The position numbers were made by a program, and so were the translations under genes. Of a stretch of 64,000 nt of DNA, positions 8,923-16,982 are shown piece after piece. This DNA comes from Desulfobacterales bacterium. GTDB lineage: Bacteria; Desulfobacterota; Desulfobacteria; Desulfobacterales; G020354645. The DNA is taken from contig JASFTQ010000001.1 of NCBI GenBank assembly GCA_050053515.1, positions 4-64,003 on the forward strand, written 5' to 3'. Every line of letters begins with the position of its first letter. Position 1 is the first letter of the stretch. The notes under the pieces were generated by a model. It had not been told where the DNA came from and made no database searches. It was given only the letters and a program-made list of their open reading frames with translations.

Positions 8923-10242
8923 ATGTCGGACTGGGTGTATGATATTACCAAAATTCTCATCGCTTTATTGCTCGTTTTTATCAACGGCTTTTTTGTTGCC
9001 TCCGAATTCGCACTGGTAAAGATCAGGCGGGGCAGGCTCGAAGATCTGGTGAAAAATAGACGACCCTTTGCCGTTACAGCCCGCTGGTTGTCCTATCGGC
9101 TGGACGCTTCGCTTTCGGCCTGCCAACTGGGTATCACCATGGCATCTTTGGGGCTGGGATGGATCGGAGAACCGGCGGTAGCCCACCTGCTCAGACCGTT
9201 GCTCTTCGCCGTCGGCGTGAATTCCGAGATCATACTGCATACGGCAGCATTCATAATCGCTTTCACCGCGATTACCGCCGCCCATTTGGTATTGGGTGAG
9301 CAGGCACCGAAGATCGCAGCAATCAGAAGTCCGGAAACCGCTGCCCTCTGGAGTGCCGTCCCCCTTAAATTGTTTTATTATTTATCATACCCGTTGCTGG
9401 CATCTCTCAATGCGGCGACCTCGTTTTTGTTGCGCACCGCAGGAATTGCGGAAACCTCGGAGCTTGAAATTCCACACAGCGAGGAGGAAATACGAACCCT
9501 CGTACGACAAGCCCACATTCATGGAGAATTAACCCGGTCGGAACATCGGTTGATCAGTGCGGTATTTGATTTTGACGAACTCATATGCCGGCGGGTGATG
9601 GTACCGAGGATTGATGTGATTTTTCTGGACGTCAACAGCTCTTTATCGGATATTATGGCGGTGGCCAAGAGCGCCAAACACTCCCGGTATCCGGTATGTG
9701 AAGGCTCGATGGATAATGTTGTCGGTGTTGTCCATATCAAAGACCTGGTGGTAATGCCGTCTGAGGAAGGGTTCGATCTGCGATCGATTATGCGGCCGCC
9801 GCAATTTGTGCCGGAGACGCTGCCGGTTCGGCGCCTGTTGCGACAATTTCAAGCCACCCGCCAGCATATGGCCTTTGTCGTCGATGAACATGGAACGGTG
9901 ATGGGGATCGTAACACTCGAGAATGTTTTGGAGCCGATTGTGGGATCGGTGGAAGATGAATTTGACAACGAACCGCCGGAAATTGTAAGGATTGGAGATT
10001 TGAAGTACGTGGTGGTCGGTAGCACGCCGATTGAATTAATCAACCGCCAATTGGGGCTTAGCCTCGTGGCCGAAAGCATCGACACAATTTCCGGGCTGCT
10101 GATGGAAAAAGCAGACAAGCTCTTAGCGGTTGGTGATCGTGTTAAATTACCGGGGGTGGAAGCCGAAGTTGTGGAAGTCAAAGGTCGGCGCACCACCAAA
10201 ATCCGTCTTATACTCTCAAAACCACCGCCTGAAGAATTATAA
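8923..10242 (+). CDS. HlyC/CorC-family transporter (CNNM/DUF21 membrane domain, CBS pair and CorC_HlyC domain; CorB-like)
   Basis: 439 aa. The N-terminal DUF21 pattern is present (FFVASEFALVKIRRGRLE ... QLGITMASLGLGW). CBS-like segments and a C-terminal transporter-associated domain follow. Confidence 0.85.
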   Translation: MSDWVYDITKILIALLLVFINGFFVASEFALVKIRRGRLEDLVKNRRPFAVTARWLSYRLDASLSACQLGITMASLGLGWIGEPAVAHLLRPLLFAVGVNSEIILHTAAFIIAFTAITAAHLVLGEQAPKIAAIRSPETAALWSAVPLKLFYYLSYPLLASLNAATSFLLRTAGIAETSELEIPHSEEEIRTLVRQAHIHGELTRSEHRLISAVFDFDELICRRVMVPRIDVIFLDVNSSLSDIMAVAKSAKHSRYPVCEGSMDNVVGVVHIKDLVVMPSEEGFDLRSIMRPPQFVPETLPVRRLLRQFQATRQHMAFVVDEHGTVMGIVTLENVLEPIVGSVEDEFDNEPPEIVRIGDLKYVVVGSTPIELINRQLGLSLVAESIDTISGLLMEKADKLLAVGDRVKLPGVEAEVVEVKGRRTTKIRLILSKPPPEEL

Positions 10243-10500
10243 CAAAAGATAACTATTGTCCAAAATAAATAACAAAGATGATCGAAACCCATTGAACATA
10301 TAATTCAAATTTAGAATCCATCAAGCTGCAGTAATGGAGTAGTGAATGAATGGGAAAAACATCCAACACTCCAGCACTCCAAATCTCCATTACTCCTACT
10401 TCTTATGGGACAAAAGCTATTTTTCAGTAGATTGCTGGTCATTTTATAAATCATTTTGGACACTGATAGCCAGAGATATTTTTCACACGGGAATTAAACC

Positions 10501-11886
10501 ATGGAACACTATGATTTCATTGTTATCGGAAGCGGCCCCGCCGGTCAGAAGGGGTCCATCCAGGCTGCCAAACTGGGGAAAAAGGTAGCCATTATCGAAC
10601 GCAGGGCTGTGGTGGGGGGGGTGTCGGTCCACACCGGAACAATTCCAAGCAAGACATTGCGTGAAGCCGTGCTATATTTAACCGGCTGGGATCAGCGCGG
10701 TCTCTATGGTTACGGCTATCGCCTGAAGCCCAGGGTTTCGATTGAGGACCTCATGCAGCGGATACAAATCACCCTGCAGCACGAAATTGAAGTCATCCAG
10801 AATCAGCTCATACGAAACGGAGTGACTGTAATCGAGGGCTTAGCGTCTTTTGAAGACCCGCATTGTATTCGGGTGACGCTACCCAATAAGAAACCGGCGG
10901 TGTTTGAAGCAGAAAAAATTTTAATCAGCACCGGCACCCAACCGATGCGGCTCAAAAGGATTCCCTATGATGATGAGCGCATTATTGACAGCGACGGCCT
11001 TTTACGGCTCGAAGAAATTCCCAACTCCATGATCGTTGTGGGCGGTGGGGTCATTGGTGTCGAATATGCCTCCATTTTCAGCGTTTTGGACATCGAGGTC
11101 ACCGTGGTGGATGGGCGCACAACATTGTTGGAATTTCTGGATCGTGAAATCGTGGATGAGTTTATACATGAAATGCGGAATCGGGGGATCATTCTCAGGC
11201 TGGGGGAACGATTGGACAGGGTTGAAAAAAACACCAAAGGGCAAGTCGTCGCCATACTGGAAAGCGGCAAGAGGCTGCGAGCAGACCTCGTGTTGATTGC
11301 AGCCGGTCGTGTCGGAAACACACGAAGTCTCAAACTTAAAAATTGCGGTCTAGCTGCCGATGAACGTCACCGTATTAAAGTCAATAAAAACTATCAGACC
11401 GAATTACCCCACATTTACGCGGCGGGGGATGTGATCGGCTTCCCGAGTCTGGCATCAACCGCCATGGAGCAGGGACGATTGGCTGCTTGCCACGCCTTCA
11501 ATATCCCGGCGACGAGCCGGTCCGCTAATTTTCCGTTTGGCATTTATGGGATACCGGAGATGAGCATGGTGGGGGCAACCGAACAAGATCTCACAGAGAA
11601 AAAAATACCTTACGAGGTTGGAGTTGCCCGCCTCAGGGAAACAGCCCGCGGCCAGATCATGGGTCTCGAGGGGGGGTTGCTCAAAATGCTGATCGGTTTG
11701 GAGGACAGAAAAATCTTGGGGGCCCATATTATTGGAGAAGGTGCCGCCGAACTGATTCACATCGGCCAGGCCTCATTGGTTCTCGGGGGAACTTTAGATT
11801 ACTACCTGGAAAACGTATTCAATTATCCGACTTTGGCCGAAGCATACAAGATCGCTGCTTTGGATGCATGGAATCGGCTTTCCTGA
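10501..11886 (+). CDS. sthA: soluble pyridine nucleotide transhydrogenase (Si-specific NAD(P)+ transhydrogenase)
   Basis: 461 aa and collinear with E. coli SthA as I recall it. Matching blocks are DFIVIGSGPAG, GGVSVHTGTIPSKTLREAV (no CxxxxC disulfide), GDVIGFPSLAS, GIYGIPEMSMVG, VPYEVG and FNYPTLAEAYKIAALD. Confidence 0.85.
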   Translation: MEHYDFIVIGSGPAGQKGSIQAAKLGKKVAIIERRAVVGGVSVHTGTIPSKTLREAVLYLTGWDQRGLYGYGYRLKPRVSIEDLMQRIQITLQHEIEVIQNQLIRNGVTVIEGLASFEDPHCIRVTLPNKKPAVFEAEKILISTGTQPMRLKRIPYDDERIIDSDGLLRLEEIPNSMIVVGGGVIGVEYASIFSVLDIEVTVVDGRTTLLEFLDREIVDEFIHEMRNRGIILRLGERLDRVEKNTKGQVVAILESGKRLRADLVLIAAGRVGNTRSLKLKNCGLAADERHRIKVNKNYQTELPHIYAAGDVIGFPSLASTAMEQGRLAACHAFNIPATSRSANFPFGIYGIPEMSMVGATEQDLTEKKIPYEVGVARLRETARGQIMGLEGGLLKMLIGLEDRKILGAHIIGEGAAELIHIGQASLVLGGTLDYYLENVFNYPTLAEAYKIAALDAWNRLS

Positions 11887-11887
11887 A

Positions 11888-12808
11888 ATGATTGACCGCC
11901 TTCAGAAAACACTGTTAAGCAATCTAAAACTACGTGCCCGAATCATTCAGGCCATGCGCAGATTTTTTATCGATAATGACTATCTGGAAGTCGAGACACC
12001 TTACCGCATACCGGCTCCGGCCCCGGAGGAAAACATCGATGCTCAACCTTCGGGCAATTGGTTTTTGCATACTTCTCCGGAACTATCCATGAAACGACTT
12101 TTAGCAAGCGGTTACCCCCGCATCTTCCAAATCTGCAAATGCTTTCGCAAAAATGAAAGGGGAAGCAGACATCTTCCCGAACTGACGATGCTCGAATGGT
12201 ATACTGCCGGAAGCTCTTATCTTGATGTGATGGATCAGTGTGAAGAACTGCTGCAGTTTGTTGCCCGAAATATTGGGCATGAAAGATATATCCGTTTTCA
12301 GGGCACCAGAATTTCGCTGACTTCACCGTGGCCTAGCATTTCCGTGGCGGAAACATTTAATCAATTTGCTTCCTTGCCCATGGAGGTCGCTCTGAGGGAA
12401 AACCGATTCGATGAATTAATGGCCTGTGAAATCGAGCCGCGACTGGGTATCGAAAAACCGGTATTCATCTATGATTATCCGGCCTCCCGTGCTGCTCTGG
12501 CGAGATTAAAACCGGGTGATCGCTCGGTGGCTGAAAGATTTGAGCTTTATATCGGCGGGTTGGAACTATGCAATGGCTTTTCCGAACTCACGGATCCGGT
12601 TGAACAAAAAATGCGCTTTGAATGGGAGCAGGAAAGGCGAAGGTTTTCCGGCAAACCGCTTTATCCCATGCCGAAAAAATTTCTAAACGCGCTTCATGAT
12701 ATGCCGGATGCCGGTGGTAATGCCTTCGGCATTGACCGGCTGGTGATGGTATTCGCAGATACGCTGAATATCGATGATGTAGTGGCCTTCACGCCGGAAG
12801 ACCTGTGA
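11888..12808 (+). CDS. epmA: EF-P lysine aminoacylase (GenX/PoxA, class II LysRS-like)
   Basis: Matching blocks are [78 protein letters not shown] and FGIDRLVM. The track start at 11864 overlaps sthA by 23 nt. I prefer the in-frame ATG at 11888, but the start is uncertain. Confidence 0.8.
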   Translation: [306 protein letters not shown]

Positions 12809-12814
12809 TTCTTT

Positions 12815-13029
12815 GTATGCATTCAGGGGGAGGCCTTTTTCTCAAAACGATATTGGCGGAGTCCCTTCGTGCTTTCCATGATTTGGCAATGGGAGAGACC
12901 GCAGCCACCGAAGCGCAGCGCAGGTGGAATGCGGAGGGGGCAGGAATACCCCCATTGCCAAATCATAGCAAAAACCAGGGACGCAGACATCCGAAGTGAA
13001 GAGAATGAGGTCTCCCCCTGAATGCATAC
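12815..13029. mobile_element. MITE-like palindromic element, family C
   Basis: 215 bp. The 21-bp terminal inverted repeats are GTATGCATTCAGGGGGAGGCC and (reverse complement) GTATGCATTCAGGGGGAGACC. An inner inverted repeat has the core ATGATTTGGCAATGGG. The 8-bp flanking direct repeats are GATTCTTT (12807-12814, overlapping the epmA stop codon) and GATTCCTT (13030-13037). Confidence 0.65.
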
Positions 13030-13072
13030 GATTCCTTCATATCTTATGTAATGGCAGCTCGTGTTCATATTA

Positions 13073-13906
13073 CTACCGCACGGGAAGAGACTTTTTTTCT
13101 ACTTCATAGTTGACGCTCACCATCCAATCCGCATAATTGGAATCCAATTCCTTGAGTGATTGCACGATTTCCTGTTTCACCGTTGTTTCAATAATGGTGC
13201 CTCTGCCGGGCCAAATTCTGAATTTTATTCGCCAAAATACTTTACCGCTGCTGGTTTTCATTTTTCCCTCCGAAGAGGGTCCTTTGATGAAAATCCCGGA
13301 AAATTGTTCAACGGTCGCAGAAATGATGTCTTTGGCCTTCTGTAACATTTGATTGGCGATTTCAGGGTTGTTGTGCAAGGTGATATCCACCAGGCAACGG
13401 ATATAGCCCTTGGGATAATTGATGACATTGGTAACTGTGCGGTTTGGAATGAAGATATTTGCGCCCAGATGACTCTCCAGGACGATATATCTCATTCCTA
13501 TTTTTTTTACGATACCTGACTGACCGCCTATTTCAACCATATCGCCCAGATCTATAAGATCCGAAAATATAAGCGTGAGCCCGGTGACAACATCCTGAAC
13601 CAAACCCTGGGAGCCAAACCCTATGGCAAGACCGACCACCGAAGCACTCGCAAGGTAGGCTGTCAGAGAAACACCAAATTCCTTTAAGATCAATCCAATG
13701 GCACCAAAATAAAGCAAAAATACCAGGATGCTGGTGAACAGGCTCGTGATGGATCTGGCCTTGGAAAAAGCGGCATCCGGCAAAGACCTCAATAACCTGT
13801 CGCTGAGACGTCGGATGTTGATGACGATCAGATGCACGGCCACGGCGATAACCACAATCAATAAAATTCGCATTGGATCACTGAGACCTCTGATAAATGC
13901 AAACAT
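13073..13906 (-). CDS. small-conductance mechanosensitive channel (MscS family)
   Basis: 277 aa with three N-terminal TM helices followed by the MscS core (GFGSQGLVQDVVTGLTLIFSDLIDLGDMVEIGGQSGIVKKIGMRYIVL). Confidence 0.85.
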   Translation of the reverse strand: MFAFIRGLSDPMRILLIVVIAVAVHLIVINIRRLSDRLLRSLPDAAFSKARSITSLFTSILVFLLYFGAIGLILKEFGVSLTAYLASASVVGLAIGFGSQGLVQDVVTGLTLIFSDLIDLGDMVEIGGQSGIVKKIGMRYIVLESHLGANIFIPNRTVTNVINYPKGYIRCLVDITLHNNPEIANQMLQKAKDIISATVEQFSGIFIKGPSSEGKMKTSSGKVFWRIKFRIWPGRGTIIETTVKQEIVQSLKELDSNYADWMVSVNYEVEKKSLPVR

Positions 13907-13939
13907 ATTTCCCCCATTGATCGCTTGCTGGTAAGTTCA

Positions 13940-14100
13940 TTTTCCTTTCAGGGAAGCCCCGCTTATTTGGACCATAGGCGCTAATTTAAGCTCAGGGTCA
14001 TTCCTGCGAAAGCCGGAATCCATTTGGCCAAGATTATGTTATCACACTGGATTCCGGGTCCGTCATCCCGGACGTGATCCGGGACCGGAATGACAAAAAC
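13940..14100. repeat. hairpin-rich intergenic repeat, family D, copy 1
   Basis: It contains TTTCCTTTCAGGGAAGCCCCG, which is also at about 44284. A block of about 100 bp (13985-14098) is the reverse complement of 20834-20940, with shared motifs TCATTCCGGTCCCGGA..CACG..ATGACGGA and GATTCCGG..CCGGAATGAC. Confidence 0.55.
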
Positions 14101-14387
14101 AGGTGTGGTTTTGCGAATTGTGTCACAATCTGTTTTACAGGAATGACAACTCCAAAACCCTTAAATCGACGCATTTGCACTTTAGGCAGGGGGCTTCATT
14201 AAAAACCTCAGGGTCCGATATAGATAATCCTGCCTTATTCCTAATTCGAATTTATCACTTAGGCAAGGTTTTTGTGATTACCTCTTCCGGAAAGCGGTGA
14301 TCATCCATTAACTTTTATTTCTCGATTGACTCGATTGCAAAGACTTGTTTAAAAGAGAAATAATTTCTCACATTTGATTGCTGAAAA

Positions 14388-16982
14388 ATGGATGCTAAAA
14401 CAAACAAAAAGGACAAAACGCCGCCAAAAAGTGGAACGCTGGGAACCTTTGCCGGTGTTTTCACCCCCAGTGTACTCACTATCCTCGGTATTATTCTATT
14501 TATGCGCCTGGGGTATGTGGTCGGCAATGCCGGTCTGGGGCGCACCTTAATTATTCTGTTGGTGGCCAATAGTATTTCCGTACTGACCAGCGTTTCTTTA
14601 TCAGCAATCGCCACGAATTTAAAGGTTAAAGGCGGCGGTGATTATTATCTTATTTCCCGCACCCTGGGATTGGAATTTGGCGGTGCCATCGGTATTGTTT
14701 TGTATCTGGCCCAATCGGTTTCCATTGCTTTTTACTGCATCGGCTTTGGTGAAGTGCTGGCAGGCATATTGGGGACCGGCAGCAAAATAATGCCTCAAAT
14801 CATCGCCGCCTCGGCAGTCTCTTTGTTATTTATTTTTGCCTGGTTTGGGGCAGACGTGGCCACAAGATTCCAATATGTCGTCATGACAATATTGGGGATA
14901 GCGCTGCTTTCATTTTTTTGGGGGGGATTCAGCCGCTGGGACCATACGCTTTTGACCCAAAACTGGGCATCGCCGTCTTCCGGCCTGGCGTTTTGGGTGA
15001 TATTTGCAATTTTTTTTCCGGCGGTAACCGGTTTTACCCAGGGTGTGAGTATGTCGGGTGATTTGAAAGATCCCGGAAAAAGCCTGCCACAGGGGACTTT
15101 TTTAGCTGTTGGCCTTTCTATCGGTGTTTATTTTCTGGCTGCCGTCGTTTTTGCTGCATCCACAACCGGTGAGGTCATGCGCAGTGACTATAGTGTCATG
15201 CGGCGCGTGGCCGCCGTTGATTTTCTCATCACCGCCGGCGTGATTGCCGCGACACTATCATCGGCCATGGCGTCGTATTTAGGGGCGCCCCGTATCCTCC
15301 AATCACTGGCAACTGATCGGATCTTTCCGTTTCTCTTACCTTTTGCCAAAGGTCATGGCCCCACCGGAAACCCGCGGCGCGGCGTTTTACTTTCAACCGC
15401 ATTTGCCTTTGCTACCATTGCCCTCGGCAATTTGAATGTGATCGCACCGGTGGTGTCCATGTTCTTTTTGATTTCTTACGGTCTTCTCAACTATGCCACT
15501 TATTACGAAGCCCGTGCCGCCAGTCCGTCCTTTCGCCCCCGCTTTCGGTGGTACGATCTGCGAGCCAGTCTTGTTGGAGCGGCGGCCTGTCTGGGCGTCA
15601 TGCTGGCTATTGACTTAACCGCCGGTGTGATTGCGGTTGCTATCTTATTTTCAATCTATCAATACCTCAAGCGAACAGCCAGCCCGGCCCGCTGGGCCGA
15701 TAGCCGCCGTTCCTATCATCTGCAGCGAATTCGTGAACATCTCCTGGCTGCATCGCGGGAACAGGAGCATCCCAGAAATTGGCGTCCGCAAATTCTTTTA
15801 TTTTCTGATGACCCTCATCGGCGCCAACAACTATTTCAATTTGCCGCCTGGTGCGAAGGCGATAGCGGTTTTACCACAGTGGTCCGCATTCTTGAAGGCG
15901 AAGGGCTGAAGATGCTCAAACTCAGAACCGAATCCGAAGATGAGCTGCGTAAAGATATTGCAGACCATGATCTGGAGGCGTTTCCTCTGGTAATTATTGC
16001 CCAAAACCTCACCCAAGGGATCCAGACTTTGGTACAAGCTTACGGAATTGGGCCACTGCATGCAAATACCATTTTGCTGAATTGGTTTGAAAAAGTTCCG
16101 GAAATTAGTTTGGGATTTCGAGAAATCCTCTATGGTCAGCGACTGAGAACCGCTTTTCGGTTGGGTTGTAATATTGTGGTCTTAGATGCGAAGCAAAACG
16201 AATGGGAACAGTTGGAACCGATACCGGCGGAGCAGAGACGCATCGACGTTTGGTGGTGGAATGATGACAGCAGCCGGCTGATGCTTCTGTTGGCATACTT
16301 GATAACCCGCCATGAAACCTGGGATGGTGCAAAAATCAGGGTTTTAGCAACCTCTGTTGACGGTACGACAGGTGATACAGATAAAGTCCTTGGCCAAATT
16401 CTGGATGATGTCCGCATCGATGCCGAGCCGGTGGTATTGGCGGAACTTAATACGGATTTGATTACAGGCTATTCTAAAGATGCCGCTTTGGTTTTTCTAC
16501 CTTTTCGTTTGAAGGGCAACCAGCCGGTGGATCTATTTGGTGAACCTCTAAATCAAATTATTTCTCGCTTGCCGATTACGGCCCTGGTGATGGCAGCCGA
16601 AGATATCGACCTGGATGCCGAACCCGAAGAAGGAAAGGCCGGGGAGACCGCAGAGGCTATTGATGCCCTGGCGGATGCAGAAAAACGGGCGCGTGAGGCG
16701 CAAAAAGATGCTGCTGATGCCTCTGAGGCGGCCATTGCAGCAAAGGATAAGTTACGGCAGGTGCAGGAGAAAGCGACCGATACGGATGTGGATGAATCTG
16801 AAATCGAAGCGTTAAAAGCTTCTTTGGAAAAAGCCGAAAAAAATTCTGAAAAAGCTGCGCGACGATCTGCCAAGGCCGCAGCTAAAGTTGAGGCTGCCGC
16901 CCGGGTTGTCGAAGAGCTTGGTTTAAAGACCGAAAAAGACGAAGCAGACCCCTCCGATTCCGCTGATGAGGCCAAAACTTAA
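14388..16982 (+). CDS. cation-chloride cotransporter-like APC-superfamily permease (SLC12 type) with a cytoplasmic C-terminal domain and a charged tail
   Basis: 864 aa. About 12 TM segments show amino-acid-permease motifs (GTLGTFAGVFTPSVLTILGIILFMRLGYVVG). A soluble domain of about 250 aa follows, and then an Ala/Glu/Lys/Asp-rich tail. Confidence 0.75.
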   Translation: MDAKTNKKDKTPPKSGTLGTFAGVFTPSVLTILGIILFMRLGYVVGNAGLGRTLIILLVANSISVLTSVSLSAIATNLKVKGGGDYYLISRTLGLEFGGAIGIVLYLAQSVSIAFYCIGFGEVLAGILGTGSKIMPQIIAASAVSLLFIFAWFGADVATRFQYVVMTILGIALLSFFWGGFSRWDHTLLTQNWASPSSGLAFWVIFAIFFPAVTGFTQGVSMSGDLKDPGKSLPQGTFLAVGLSIGVYFLAAVVFAASTTGEVMRSDYSVMRRVAAVDFLITAGVIAATLSSAMASYLGAPRILQSLATDRIFPFLLPFAKGHGPTGNPRRGVLLSTAFAFATIALGNLNVIAPVVSMFFLISYGLLNYATYYEARAASPSFRPRFRWYDLRASLVGAAACLGVMLAIDLTAGVIAVAILFSIYQYLKRTASPARWADSRRSYHLQRIREHLLAASREQEHPRNWRPQILLFSDDPHRRQQLFQFAAWCEGDSGFTTVVRILEGEGLKMLKLRTESEDELRKDIADHDLEAFPLVIIAQNLTQGIQTLVQAYGIGPLHANTILLNWFEKVPEISLGFREILYGQRLRTAFRLGCNIVVLDAKQNEWEQLEPIPAEQRRIDVWWWNDDSSRLMLLLAYLITRHETWDGAKIRVLATSVDGTTGDTDKVLGQILDDVRIDAEPVVLAELNTDLITGYSKDAALVFLPFRLKGNQPVDLFGEPLNQIISRLPITALVMAAEDIDLDAEPEEGKAGETAEAIDALADAEKRAREAQKDAADASEAAIAAKDKLRQVQEKATDTDVDESEIEALKASLEKAEKNSEKAARRSAKAAAKVEAAARVVEELGLKTEKDEADPSDSADEAKT

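Noticed and set aside
12805-13068. ORFs lying within repeat elements (12805-12999, 12823-13068, 12842-13027, 38772-38972, 48307-48492, 57017-57220, 60373-60666).
   Set aside because: They coincide with MITE-like or palindromic elements, lack ribosome-binding sites, and differ between copies by frame-breaking changes.
14114-14130. The palindrome GAATTGTGTCACAATC upstream of the SLC12-type gene, considered as a possible operator.
   Set aside because: Only 6-bp arms are separated by a single base, there is no second copy in the window, and the spacing does not fit CRP/FNR-type sites. The evidence is too weak to call.
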